From the NCBI GenBank assembly GCA_977017645.1, contig CDRNVU010000048.1:1612001-1676000 (forward strand): 64,000 nucleotides of DNA, read 5' to 3'. The notes under the pieces are model-generated. The model ran no database searches and was not told the origin of the DNA. It saw nothing but the letters and a program-made list of their open reading frames with translations. This document shows, piece by piece, positions 10,280-23,790 of this stretch (positions are counted from its first letter, which is position 1; every line of letters begins with the position of its first letter). A program made the translations under genes and the position numbers. Origin of the DNA: Torpedo marmorata. Its lineage: Eukaryota.

Positions 10280-13200
10280 CCTCCCACCAACAAATAAAAT
10301 TTTGATTTGTAAGAGCAAAGTTTTAACTGCAATGTTTTAAATAATCCATTCACTATTTACGTTATATAATACAACATTTTACAGTAACGTTGCAAACTTA
10401 ACATCTTGAAAGGCAATCAGCAATTACATTATCTTTTCCTTTAATATGAATTATCATTAAATCATATTCCTGTAGAATTAGACTCCAATTTAACAATCGT
10501 CGATTTTTGTTTTTACTTTTACTCAAGAACACTAAGGGATTATGATCAGTATACACAACATGTGGGCTCTGAGCTGTGCAGATATACACATTGAAATGCT
10601 GCAAAGCTGGTACAAGGGACAATAATTATTTCTCTATAGTAGAATAATTATTTTGATGTTTATTGTATATTTTTGGTGGACTAAGCCACTGGATGGTCAA
10701 TCTCATCACAACCGTCCTTTGTAAAAACACTGCTCCTGCAGCTTCATCTCTAGCATCAGCTGCTAAAGAAAATGTCTTCTCAAAGTCAGGTGACTTAAGC
10801 ACAGGGTGATGACATAAAATGACTTTCAGTTTGTCAAAGATTTCCTGTCAAAATTCTGTCCAAACAAACTTTTCACCCTTCTTCAAAAGGTTTCTCAAGG
10901 GTAGGGAGATATCAGAAATTTTTTTACAGCACTTTCTGTAATAACCAACAATTCCCAAAAACCTTCCAATAGCTTTCTTACCCTTGGGTATGGGAAATTC
11001 AACAATCGCCTGAACGTTCGCCTGAACAGGCGCCAACTTGTCCTGACCAACAACATAACCACGATAAGTCACAGGAGCATGGCCAAATTCACTTTTACCT
11101 AAATTCATAGTCAGGTTTACTTTTGAACGTTTGTCAAATAATTTCTCTAACACAGAGATATGTGCTTCCCATGTGTCATTCCCTGTAACCAAATCATCAA
11201 TATAAACATCTGTATGCTCTAAACGTTGTGTGACAGAATTAATCATTCTTCGGAATGTCCCTGGCCCATTCGTTATTACAAATGGCAAAACATTATATTC
11301 ATATAACCCTGACGAGGTCACGAACGCAGAAATGTCTCTACATCTCTCTGTTAAAGGAACACACCAGTAAACTTTCAATAAGTCCTTCTTGGTAAGAAAC
11401 TTAGCCTTTCCAACCTTGTCCATACAATCATCGACCCAAGGGATAGGATAAGCATCTGTCTTTGTTACCGCATTATTTTCTCCTATAATCAGTGCAAAAT
11501 CTAACCGTCCCATCTAATTTAGGCACCAGGACACAAGGCCAACTTCAATCTGATGTATAACGTCTAATAATATCATTCTTTAACATATATTCAATCTTAT
11601 TATTTACAAGTTTACACTTTTCCACATTCATTCTATATCGATGTTGTTCGATAGGTTTGGCATCTACAACATCCACTTCATGACAAGTTATTGGGGTTCT
11701 ATTAGGCACATCTGGAAACAGGATTCTAAATGTCAAAGGTCGCTGTTTCATTTGTAACTTTTCCTGCGGCTGCAGAGGAGCCAACGTTGCATCCAAATTC
11801 TACAAAATGTCCGAATTAAACAGACGAACTGGAACAATGTTTTGTTTGAAGTGACCCTCACAAGGGTCAGCTTGGGCTGTCTCAAGGTACCTAACTTCCC
11901 CAGTCCTATCCGAAACTAACACCTCTGGTGAAGGCTGTTCCTTGCTACCAGTCAAGTTCTTAAAATAGGGTTTTAACATGTTGACATGGCAACTCTGCGT
12001 TTTACGTCTCCGATCAGGTGCTTTAAGTAAATACGTAACTTCATTCACCTTTGACTCTATCTCTTAAGGGCCGGAACATTTTGCCCTAAGGGGATTGCAA
12101 TTTCTTGGGAAAATAATTAACACTTTATCCCCTGGTGTAAAATTTTTCACTCTGCCCTTTTTATCATACCAGACCTTCATTTTACCTTGAGCCGTTTTCA
12201 AGTTCTCTTGGGCCAATTCACAGACTTTCTGCAAACGATCTTCAAAATTCGAGACATAATGCAATAAATTCAACCGCACATCCTCATTAATCCATTGTTC
12301 CTTCAACAACACTAAAAGTCCTCTAACTTGATGTCCAAACACTAACTCGAAAGGGCTAAAGCCTAATGATTCTTGCACAGACTCTCTCACTTCAAACAAG
12401 AGCAAATGGACACCCTCATCCCAGTCTTCTCATTCTTAACACAATAATTTCTCATCATGGCTTTCAGAGTCGAATTGAATCTCTCCAAGGCCCCTTGAGA
12501 CTCTGGATGATATTCAGATGACGTGATCAGGTTAGCTCCCAATTCATCAACTGTCTGCTGAAACAGTCCCGACATGAAGTAGCTTCCCTTGTCTGATTGG
12601 ATCTTTTGAGGCAAACCAACTAAAGTGAAAAGTCTCAGAAAAGCTCTTGACACATGTTTAGCTTTAATATTTTTAAGTGGTATTGTTTCTGGAAACCTTG
12701 AGGCGGTACCATGATAATTAGCAAATGTTGAATTCCCGTTTTTGTCTTGGGCAATGGGCCAACGCAATCCACAGTAACTTTGGAACTTTTAACGCCAAAA
12801 ACAGAAATAGGTTCTGAAGGAGGTTCTGGGAGACCCTGATTAGGTTTATCCGCAACCTGACAAACGTGACAGTTCCGGCAAAATGTCCCAACATCTTTTC
12901 TCAGGCTCGGCCAATAGAATTGCTTCATGATCCTGTATACAATTTTATTTATACCAAGATGACCACCCAAACGTGCGCTTGGGACAAGGTTAAAATTTGG
13001 TCCCTATTAGCATTAGCAACTACCACCTGGTGAACATTTGCCCATTCTTTATTGGCAGGGATATCAAGTGGTTTACACTTCCTCATTATCACCCCTTCCT
13101 TAAAATAATATCCAACTGGCACTTTCTCAATTTCCTCCTTGGAGAGAGCCTTATCTCGCACCTCAGCAATGTCAGGATCTCTGTTTTTCCCCGCCATAAA

Positions 13201-13796
13201 CTCCTTTAGAGACAACGACAAGTCCGTGCCCTTGGGTTTACCACCAGAACTCTGGTCCAAACCCTGTGCACGGTCAAGCGCTTTAGACATAGCTCGCTTC
13301 ACTGGACAGGCTGGATATATATATAAATCTGTCTTTGTTTCCTCCATGACTGGCTTGGCAGTCAACCTCACTGCGGGGGCAACATTACTCTCTGCAGGGT
13401 CATTACCCAGTAATAACGAGACCGCCTCCGCTGGTCAACTTGATCGGACCCCTATGGGAACAGGTCCGTTAACTAATTCTGATTTCAACATTACCCTGTG
13501 CAGAGGTATCGACTCTGGATCACTCCCCAAGCCTCTAATCCATTTTATGTCACCCGTGGCAGTCTCATCGCCAAACTCCAACACACTGTCCAACACGAGT
13601 GTCTGGTCGTCCCCAGTATCTAGAAAGAATTTTACTGTCATTTGCGGTGACCCTTCCTGCAACGAAACCCAACCCTCTGACACAAAATATTTGAACTGTT
13701 AATACTCCAAGCAGGTCTGGAACTCTTTTGGTTTCCATGTTTTCCACGTTTTTGAATACAGGCACCTGGAGATGCCTCCCTTTCTCTCTTTTTACT

Positions 13797-14648
13797 TGTT
13801 ATGGACCATGACTGACCATTTGGACTGCGGACGGTCAGCAGGAAGGATGAAGTATTTTGGAGTATACACTGGGGCCAGGTACTGAAAGAGTTAACTTGCC
13901 CAGGACGTGGTGTACCCAGAGAGAGAGAGAGATAGCAGAGAGAGACAGACTGTGGAAAAGATACATTGTTGCACTTTTTCAAAAGCAGGTGCAGACCTCT
14001 GCAAAAAGCAGACAGTTGGGAGGTGCAAAGGCTAGAGAACACAGCCAAATGCAGGCTTGTGCATCCCAGAGAAAAGACTGGCAGGATAGCACATGGCCTC
14101 CTGTCTCAGAGAAATTCTGAGGTAAAGCAACTTCTGTGGAGAACAGGCGTGAGATCAGCGAGTCCAGCTGTGAGATCCAAGCACACGCCTTAATCAGTGG
14201 TATACTGATCTGAACTCGCAATCCTTATGAAAACACAAGAAGGGAACGTCATCAGAGAAGAAAAACAAGTATTTGTAAGCATAAACAGTCATTGTCTCTC
14301 TCCAACGTTCATTTAGAACTACTTCTACCTGATACAGAGCTGTATTTGAAACCTGAACTTAGAGAGTGAATTTTGTGGACTGTATTATTTCCTTTTGACT
14401 GACTTGTTTTTATGACTGACCTGGGGTTTTTGGGGAAAGTTTTTCCATTTTTACATAAGGGTTGGGCACAGACTGTAATGGTCTGGGCTTTACACACACA
14501 CCTTTTAGATAAGAATAGTGTTTATAGACGATTATAGTGGGGTTAATTGTTGTGAAATTATATGTTTAATTGTCTTTAATAAATAGTAATTTCTATTTTA
14601 CCCCTTTTGCATTGCGTCTTCTGTCGTTGCTGGTTTGATTTTGTTACA
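13797..14648 (+). mobile_element. Solo LTR of Gmr1-like family B inserted into the family A gag-pol region
   Basis: TGTTATGGACC...TTGTTACA is the reverse complement of the LTRs at 36676-37723 and 43747-44650. Perfect 4-bp TSD TACT (13793-13796 and 14649-14652). Confidence 0.93.
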
Positions 14649-15040
14649 TACTCAACACGGCACTATTTGCTTTCACATGAACAGGTTTCTAACAATAGTA
14701 GCACAGGGGTCCCGAAGGTTTTTCCTGTTCGTGCTTCCCTTCATCTTTACCCTGAGCACGAACTCCAGATCTGTTTTCTAACTAACGTGGATATTCCACA
14801 TTACCCCTCTGGAAGGTTATACCTGGCACAAATTGAACCTTGTGGGTTAAAGCATACTCATCCGCCAGTTTAGCAGATTCCTTCCTGATTTCCACTCCCT
14901 TTACATCTAAATAAACTTTTATGTTATCCGGAACGCATCTTTTAATCTCCTCGACTCACACGAGCTCTGTCATGCTCCCCATTTATGTTTCTTGACGTTC
15001 ACCACCGGTCAACGCACACCGCTTTATCACATGCAAAACC

Positions 15041-15312
15041 GCGGCAGTGTTGGAGTAGCGGTTAACGTAACGCCTTTACAGCGCCAGGGATCGGGACCGG
15101 ACCTGGGTTCGAATCCCGCGCTGTCTGTAAGGAGTTTGAACGTTCTCCCCGTGTCTGCGTGGGTTTTCTACGGGGGCTCCGATTTCCTCCCACCTTTCAA
15201 AATTTACCGGGGTGTAGGTTAATGGGGTGTAAATTGGGCGGCACGAGCTCGTAGGGCCGACATGGTCTGTTACAGTGCTGTATGTCTAAATTTTAAAAAA
15301 AATCAATTTAAA
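15041..15312 (+). mobile_element. tRNA-derived V-SINE (HE1-like) inserted in family A gag
   Basis: A box and B box (GGTTCGAATCC), V-domain-like core GTGGGTTTTCTACGGGGGCTCCGATTTCCTCCCAC, LINE-derived tail and A/T-rich end. Confidence 0.85.
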
Positions 15313-16243
15313 TTCCGTATAAGTCTGGTTCTCCGAACTTCCAACATTCCTATTTTTTGTCTATAGGCCTTTGGAACCAATTCGTAATCACGGCTTCCTT
15401 TACAGTCTCATAATGAGCCCCTTGTCGGGTTTTAAAAGCTGAGTAAACCTGCTGGTCTTTCCCTGTCATCACACTCTGTAACAGGTTGGACCAATCGTCT
15501 GTTGCCCATTTCAAACTTTCAGCCTCTTTTTCAAAATACTGAAAGTACTTGTCAATATCTGCTTCATCAAACGGAGGAACCAACACCATCTCCCTACTGG
15601 TCCTAAACCCCGCGCTGGCACCAGAAGGTAGATCTCCTTCACTCCTTTTCTCTCTCTCACCCTCAAATCGATGCTTTTCTAACTCTAATTGCCTTCGTCT
15701 TTCGGCTTCCTCCATCTCAAATCTGCTTTGCCTCTCTGCAATCCTGTTTTTAAAATTCTACCTCAACTTGTTTTTGTTCTATCTCTCTCTCTATCTATCT
15801 CTCTCTCTCTCTCTCTCTCTCCATCTGCTAATCTACGTTTGTCTCGCTCAAGCTCCAATCCATGTTTTTTTCTGATTCCGTTTGTTCCCCTGGTGACCGC
15901 TGCTCACGGGATTCACTCTAGAGAAATTGTTTTACCTCCTCCTCTTCAAACTTCCCTTCTCTTACATAACAGTGTCCTATTATTTTCTGAATCTCTGCCT
16001 CTTTCATCGCTGGTATTAACACCGCAAGTCCAACATTTGTGCGATAGTGAACAACTCACTATTTTTTGCCCGCTGCAAATCTGCAAAGGTGGGCGATCCC
16101 AAAAACTTATCAATCCCCATCGCTGCTATCGCTCCACACACAAGCCTTTACGTTGACTGAAAAACAATTCTAATCAATCAAACTGAAAATGAATCGATCA
16201 TTCTGCTCCAAATTTGGTATGATCCCGAAAGAGCCCCTACTTT

Positions 16244-17358
16244 TGTTACGTACCGGACATCAGAATTAGAAATTAGCCCAGACTGTGTTATATTGAAATA
16301 ATATTTTAATTATTAATAAACAATAAGATATAACTCTTATCTAATTTATCTAACTTATCTAATCTTATCTAAACTTATCAAAAGTGATCTAAACTTATCC
16401 CCCAACTATGCGCGAATATACTTATGTGTGTGTGGAATACCCCAAGCCACTAAAGCTCAAAGCACAGTTCTCGAAATGCAGTTCAAAGCTCAGTCTCAGA
16501 ATATCCAATGTTGTCACGTAGGTTTTAAATCTATGCGACACGCAGGCTTCAGATGGATCCGAAGTAGTTCACGCATTAGGTGTGAGAGACCGGGGTTACA
16601 GAATGTTTAATAACTCACGAATCCCTTGTCGAGATGCTTCCAGCGAAATGTCCTTTTCAGACGAGTAACAACCAAAATTCCGCTCTTCTTTGGAGTAGGG
16701 GACACGAAGCGAGTGATGCTCACAAAGCTTCAAAAACCCTTTCCGTAGGTCAGCCGAAATCATGCAACCCTCACAATGGTCACAATGCAAATGCAGTATA
16801 TCGTCTGCTTCCAGAACCCTTTCAGTGGTTCAGCCGATCTAGGTGACCTTCACGTTCTGGTCACAGAGTGGTATTCTCATTCCCATATAACCTGGGGAAA
16901 TCAGACAAACAGTCTGTCACCACACGAAGCCACATTTAGCACAGTATCCCTTCAAAGGTCGATTTTCCAAGTGCTGAATCCTTAGAATGGCCACATCGCA
17001 TTCCCCTATATCATGGGGAAATCAGACAGACTGTCTATAGCCACACACAAGGCCACGTCGGTACTGTATTACTTCAAAGAGCACTGCGCCACAGCACTGC
17101 CTTCTCAAAATGGCCCCTGAGCAAAACTGTGTGCTCAGTCTTGAATCTGTTGATCAAATGGTCTCTGCACCTGGTTTTTTGTTTCTTCCACGGCCCCTTC
17201 CTCTCTCTTCAGATGTATCAAATTAGGAACATGCTGTCCTCAGCCTGCTGTCAGTTCGCAGTCACTCTCCAAAGCCTGCAGGGTTATGTTAAATATGTTC
17301 TCTTAAAGTGAATGTCCCGCACAAATGAAAATGAACTGAAAAATGGGAGCATGTAATT
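16244..17358 (-). repeat. 5' LTR of Gmr1-like family A
   Basis: Starts TGTTACG on the plus strand next to the PBS. Homologous to 9397-10279 and has an internal ~120 bp imperfect tandem repeat. Confidence 0.85.
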
Positions 17359-17374
17359 TTTGACAGCTTATTCC

Positions 17375-18580
17375 GTCAAATCAAAGGCCTAGCAATGTGC
17401 ACCAGAATAGGTCCCAGCTATACCTGCCTGTCTGTGGGCTTGGTGGAGCAATCCATGCTACAAACCTACACAGGCAAGGCCCCTCAATTCTTCCCCCGCT
17501 ATATTGACGACTATATGCACTCGTTATGAGCTCGTCAAATTCATTTCCTTCGCTGCCAAAATCCACCCCCATCTCAAATTCACCTGGTTCATCTCCGAGA
17601 ACACTTTTTGATTTCCCTGTTTCCATCTCGGGAGACAAGCTTTCGACAGACATATTTTATAAACCAACTAACTGCCACCACTCCCTCGACTTCACGTCCA
17701 CACACCCAGTCGCCTGCAACGATTCTATTCCCTTTTTGTAATTTCTCCCTCTCTGTTTCATTTGGGCAGAAGATTAGGTCTTCCAGTCCACATCATCTGA
17801 AATGTCCGTTTTCTTCCACAAATGTGGCTTCCCCTACACCACCATCAATTCAGGCCTTACCGGTATCTCCTACATTTCTCGCTCATCTGCCCTAGCCCCC
17901 TCTACCCCAAGAAGTAACAAACAACGAATTCCACTTACCCTTACCCGCCATCCCACCAGCCTCCGCATTCAACACATTATCTCCGTAATTTGCTCCACCA
18001 AGAGCATGATCCCACTACTAGACAAACCTTCCCCGCTCCTCCCCTCTCTGCCTTCCGTAGGAACGCTCCCTCGGTGACTCCCACACCCACTCATCCCTCC
18101 CGCCAATCGCAGCCCAGCACCTTCCCCTGTGGCAGCAGAAAGTGCCACACTTGCGCCCCCATCTTCTGTTTCACCACAAACAGATTTTTAAAGTTAAGAA
18201 ACGAATTACTTGTGTATCCGCTTGAGTTAATTAATGCATTTGTGCTGCCGTTGTTTCCTTGTCTACATCGGGGAGACTGGGCACAGACTGGCAGGTCGCT
18301 TCGCTGAGCACCTCCGTCTGCACCAGTGACAGGGATCTCCCAGTGGCCAACCATTTCAATTCAACCTCCCTCTCCAATGCTCACATGTCTGTCTGTGACG
18401 TCATGTACCATCCCACCCAGACCACCCGTAAATTGTGGGAACAACACCTGATTTTCCATCTCGGCTCTCTCCAACCGGATGGCATTAACATCGATTTCTC
18501 CGGTTTCTGATAACCTACTCTTCATTTCACAACTTACCTTTTCCCTCTGTCTTCTTTCCCTTAGCTCTCCACCTATTCTC
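17375..18580 (+). mobile_element. Penelope-like element fragment (RT thumb and GIY-YIG endonuclease)
   Basis: LSTDIFYKPTNCHHSLDFTSTHP, RIPLTLTRHP, CGSRKCHTC, YIGETG-like motif, LPVANHFN and EQHLIFHLGSLQPDGINIDF. Confidence 0.88.
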
Positions 18581-18639
18581 TCTCTATTTACAGAGCAATG
18601 CCCCTTCCCCTGCTTGCTGCTGTGCCCTCTCTCTGTCAT

Positions 18640-19478
18640 CCACCGGAAATCCGAACTGGAGGGCGAGTAATTTCCTTACGATAAGGTTTGCTGGTGCTGC
18701 TCGGGGGCGGGGGGATTTAAACTGGATTTGCAGGGGGATGGGAACCCGAGTGCCAGAGCAGATAGTGGATGGGATGGGGGAAATATAATTTGAAAATTGC
18801 ACGTAACGTTAGAATTCAACGGGTTGTGCGCGGTGACAATGTGCTCAGGTACATATATATTTAATGTAAGGAGCATTGTAGAAAAATCAGACGAGCTTAG
18901 CGCGTGGATTGTCACGTGTAAATATGACATTGTGGACATTCGTGAAACATGCTTGGAGGAGAGATAGAACTGGCCGCTCAATGTTTCTGGCTTCTGTTGC
19001 TTCAGACGGGATAGAACGGGCTGGGGGATGAAAGGGGGAGGTGTGGCAATGCTCGTCCGTGAAAATATCACAGCTGTGTTCAGACTGAACAGACCAGAGG
19101 GCTCGTCTACTGAGGTTTTATGTTTTGTACTTAGGAACGGGAAATGTATGATCACACTAATGTGGTTGTATTATAGACCGCTCAATATTCAACGAGACAT
19201 GGAGCAGCAAATCTGTGGAGAGATAGCAGACAGCTGCAGTAAACATGTTGTGAAAGTAGGTGATTTTAACTTTGACTCATATATTGACTTGGGCTCCCAT
19301 AATTTAAAAACGCTGGATGGCTTGGAGTTTGTCAAATGTTTTCCGGAAAGTTTTCTAAATTAATATATGAAGATACCAACAACATAGCGCGAAATACTAG
19401 ATCTCCTATAGTGGAATGAGACAGGACAGGTGACATAAGTAGGTGTAGGGGAGTATTTTAGGTCCTGTAATCATAATA
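18640..19478 (+). mobile_element. CR1 ORF2 endonuclease region; resumes at about 20550-20625 after a Rex1 insertion
   Basis: GGGVAMLVRENI, YYRP and VGDFNF motifs (ORF 19028-19363). Confidence 0.85.
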
Positions 19479-20549
19479 TCAAGTCAAGTCAAATCCAATT
19501 TATTGTCATCTGATTGTACAAATACAACCCGACGAAACAACGTTCTCCGGTCCTCGGTGTAATACATGTAGACACCGAGAAATAACACATATACACAAAT
19601 CAATAGATATGCAGGGCATGCAGTTTATCGATACAGAAAAAGAAATAAATAAGGAGGTAAATAAATAAAAAAATAATCATTGCTTTGTACAAATGAGAGT
19701 CTCGAATTGTTAGTGTGAGCAGTTTCTTTCATCGTTAAACATTCTCACTGCCCGTGTGAAATATCTGTTCCTCAGCCTGTTGGTGCTGGCTCTGATACTC
19801 CTGTATACCTTCCCCGACGGGAGCATCTGAAAGATTCTATGTGCAGGGCGGAAGTGGTCCTCAATGATTTTGCGCTCCCTCTTCAGACATCGCTCCCCGT
19901 AGATCAGAGGTCTGAAGGGGGGGGGGAGACTCCAGTTATCCTCTCTGCCACTGTTATTGTCCTGTGGATTGACCACCGGTCACATTCTCTGCAGCAACCG
20001 TACCACACTGTGCTGCAGCGGCCAGGACGCTCTCGGTTGAGCTTCTATTGATGGTTGACATATCGGTTGCAGGTAGCCTTGCGCGATTTAGTCTTCTCAG
20101 GAATTTCAGTCGCTGTTGCGCCTTCCTGATAAGTGAGGTAATGTTGAGTGCCTACGATAGGTCGCTAGTTTAGTGAACTCCAAGGAACGTGTTGCTCTCC
20201 AGTCTCACTACTACAGAGTTGTTGATGTGTAGTGGAGGGTGGTCATTCCTCGTTCTCCTGAAGTCCAAGATCATCTCTTTCGCCTCGTCCACGTTGAGAC
20301 TCAGGTTTATACTCTCGTAACATTTCACGAGATTTTCCACCTCTTCACTGTAGTGCGACTCTTCGTTGTTGCTGATGAGGCCAACTTCTGTTGTGTCATC
20401 AGCATAAGTGATGTCACTGTTGGAGCAGGATCTGTCGATGCTGTTGGGGGTAAGTAGCGTGAAAATGAGCGGACTGAACACACACCCCTGAGGTGCCCCA
20501 GTGCTCAGCGCGACGGTGCTCGACATTCTGCTACCGACCCGGACAGACA
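19479..20549 (-). mobile_element. Rex1/Babar LINE, 5'-truncated, nested in CR1
   Basis: ORF 20170-20550 ([24 protein letters not shown]) and 19710-19976 (LPSGKVYRSI), with a (CTTGA)n-type tail after ATGACAATAAA. Confidence 0.9.
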
Positions 20550-21549
20550 AATGCCATTATTTTCATGTTAAGTATGGAGAAGGATAGGTCTGTTCCTCGT
20601 GTTGAGATTCTAAATTGGAGAATGACAATAGATAGATAGATGGATAGATAGATAGACAGACAAACAGTCANNNNNNNNNNNNNNNNNNNNNNNNNNNNNN
20701 NNNNNNNNNNNNNNNNNNNNNNNNNNNNNNNNNNNNNNNNNNNNNNNNNNNNNNNNNNNNNNNNNNNNNNNNNNNNNNNNNNNNNNNNNNNNNNNNNNNN
20801 NNNNNNNNNNNNNNNNNNNNNNNNNNNNNNNNNNNNNNNNNNNNNNNNNNNNNNNNNNNNNNNNNNNNNNNNNNNNNNNNNNNNNNNNNNNNNNNNNNNN
20901 NNNNNNNNNNNNNNNNNNNNNNNNNNNNNNNNNNNNNNNNNNNNNNNNNNNNNNNNNNNNNNNNNNNNNNNNNNNNNNNNNNNNNNNNNNNNNNNNNNNN
21001 NNNNNNNNNNNNNNNNNNNNNNNNNNNNNNNNNNNNNNNNNNNNNNNNNNNNNNNNNNNNNNNNNNNNNNNNNNNNNNNNNNNNNNNNNNNNNNNNNNNN
21101 NNNNNNNNNNNNNNNNNNNNNNNNNNNNNNNNNNNNNNNNNNNNNNNNAAAAGATTAGAGGGAATGTTAGGGCTATGTTCCTCACACAGAGAGTCGTGGG
21201 TGCAGAGAACGAGATGACAGATGAAGTGGTGAATAGCGGCACAATTTTAACATTAAAGAATCATTTGGACAGGTACATGGATAGGAGGGTTATGGAGGAA
21301 GATGGACTAGTGCATGTCGGTTGGACAAGGCATAATAATAATTCGGCACCCACTAGAAGAGCCAAAAGGCCTGTTTTCTGAAGAGTATTATTCTATGGTT
21401 CTCTGTTTCTAACTGATAATTTGATATGCAGGCAAAAACATCTTCTCTTTTCAGCTGAATTTCCTTGAACTGTGTTCAGAAAGGAGCATAAATAATCACA
21501 GTACGAATTCAGGATCTTAGGCCCACCAGAGGGGTGGTTCGGCCAATGA

Positions 21550-21810
21550 GGGCGGACAGTAGGAGTAGCGGTTAGCGCAACGCTGTTACAACGCCATTGA
21601 CCGGGACCGGGATTCGAATCGCGCTGTGTCTATGAGGACTTTGTGCCTTCTGTCCATGTCTGCGCGGGTTTACTGCGGGTGCTCCATTTCAATCCCACCG
21701 CTGAAAACGTAGCGGGAGTTGTTGATCAATTGGGTATATTTGGGCCTCACGGGCTCGTCCGTCGAAAGGGCTTGTTACAGTGCTGTTTTTCTATATTTAA
21801 GTATAAATTT
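21550..21810 (+). mobile_element. V-SINE copy, decayed
   Basis: Homologous to 15041-15312 (gtagcggttagcgcaacgc, gattcgaatcgcgctgt). Confidence 0.8.
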
Positions 21811-22289
21811 CCATGCAGCTATAAATATCCACTGAATGTTATGCCACTCATATCCAATATTATTCTCCTCACCATCCCATCAACTATTCCCGATGTCACA
21901 AAATTGTTTCCAGCCATATCCAACATTCTATCAACATTCTTCCGACAACCTGATTCCTTCACGTTGATTTAAGTCAAATGCTCAAATATGACGATTATCT
22001 GTCCTTTTTGCCCATGTCCCGGCATTCATACACCACCCATAGACACACATCACAGTTTATTCTTCCCACAATCGCATTTTACCGTCACACTCGACTCGAC
22101 CACTCACACAATTTACAGATGTCGACGTAACCTCACAAACCACACACGATTGAACTGCTGGAGGAATCTGAACTATCACAGGGAAATAGATGCTAAACTC
22201 CACGCAGACTGAACCGGAGGTGATACCTGAAGAGGAGGTGTTCAAGGTCTTAAAATTCAATTTATCGCCTGAAAATTAGTAACAATTTT

Positions 22290-23790
22290 AGAGCAGTGAA
22301 CATCTCAGCACAGTCCAGGCCCTTCAACCCACAAGGTCGCGCCGATCTACGAGAACCTACTCTGTAACAATCTTCTATTTCCACACTCACACACACAACA
22401 GTCTCATTTTCCTTCACCCATGTGCCAATTTAAGGGTCTGTTGAATATCTCTATTGTGCGAGCCTATACCACCACTCCGGGAATTACTTAGAGCACTCAT
22501 CACTCTGACATAAAAAAACGTATCTCTGATCATCCCGCGGATGATCGCTTCAGGAAAAATGTGTTGACTGTACATCCCATCTAAGTACGTCCTAATCCTA
22601 TGTACCTGTAATAATTTAACTCTCTGCCTTAGTTTCTCCAAAGTGAAATACCAAGCTCTGTCAACTTGGCTTCAAATGACATGATATCTGATACAGATAT
22701 CATCCTGCTCAACCTCCTCTGAATTTTCTCCAAAGAATCTACATCCGTACAGTCGAGAATAAATCGCAATATTCCAAATATTGTCTTCAAGAATTATCCA
22801 GACTGCAAGATTGTCCCACAGCCTTGAACTCAATACCCCGAAAAATGAAGACCAACGCACCATCCAGATATTTAACACTCCTATGAAATTACGTGACAAC
22901 CTTGGCGAATCAATGGAACTGTGCACAACTATAGCTCGGTAACTCCACACACTTAATAATCCAGCAATTCACAACACACTCTGCCTTTTGGTTCTATATT
23001 CCAATATGCAAAGTTTCACATTGATCATGATTGAATTGCATTTGATATTCCTCTGCCCAACTCTGCATCCTGTTTATATCATGCAGTAACCCACAAAAAC
23101 AGCGTGCACGTTCCACAACACATCAAACCTCCGTATAATCTGGCAATTTCTGACTATCCCCTCCAGTTCTATATCCGTCGTTAAAAAAATAATCACAGAG
23201 AGCAGGGGTCACAGATCAGACACCAACGGAACGCCACTAGTCACTGAACTTCACGCAGACAAACTTCCATCTACTGGTATCTCTGTTTTCTGCAGGCAGG
23301 CCAATCCGAGTACATGCAGCCAAGATTCATTAGAGCATATTTCTCCCAATTCCGCTTAATCCTACCATCTGGGACCTTTTAAAACTCCTTGCTAAAATGA
23401 ATTAGGGTCACATCAACCGGCGACCTTCATCATTGTATTTTAACACCTCCTCGAAACACTCACTTACGCTTACAATGCACCACCTGCTTCTCGGAAAACC
23501 ACGCTGGTTATCCATGTAAAACGATGTTTCTCTATATGCTCGTAAATACATGCACTTAGAATCCTCTTTGCCCACCCCTGACGTGAGACGCATTGGTCCA
23601 AAAATGGCAGGAATCGGCCTCTTTACTTTTCTATATTAGATGACTACTTTTTTTTTCATTCACTCTTTCTCCGGTATCTAAGTCTTTCTCGCGATGACGC
23701 AAAGTTCATCGACAAAGTTCAAGACTCTCTTCCCCCTCTTACTGTAATAAGATCGGCATATCACTGCCTGGCCCAGAAACTTACGTTTCC
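22290..23790 (-). mobile_element. Heavily decayed CR1 fragment within duplication copy 1
   Basis: Remnants of the CR1 RT and 3' end (acagtccaggcccttcaacccacaa, gagcaggggtcacag...cactagtcac). A paralogous segment flanks the Rex1 insertion in copy 2. Confidence 0.6.

Larger units (their letters stand above)
9397..17358 (-). mobile_element. Gmr1-like Gypsy LTR retrotransposon, family A, decayed provirus (Gag-PR-IN-RT-RH)
   Basis: On the minus strand: Gag (LVPPFDEADIDKYFQYFEK, 15350-15715), protease (FLDTGDDQTL, 13435-13683), integrase (GGHLG..CRNCHVCQ, VDCVGPLP, YHPESQGALERFN, 12064-12970), RT (YIDDL, 10848-11513), RNase H (YTDHNPLVFL, DNVIADCLSR, 10398-10622). Also a PPT at 10280-10288, a degenerate tRNA-Pro PBS at 16222-16239 and paired LTRs. 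Confidence 0.92.

Noticed and set aside
15041-15125. tRNA-like sequence with a GGTTCGAATCC B box
   Set aside because: It is the head of a SINE and has no complete cloverleaf.
20610-21242. Long ORFs crossing N runs (also 7238-7611, 27279-27641, 44578-45299, 54950-55763)
   Set aside because: These are artefacts of translating assembly gaps.
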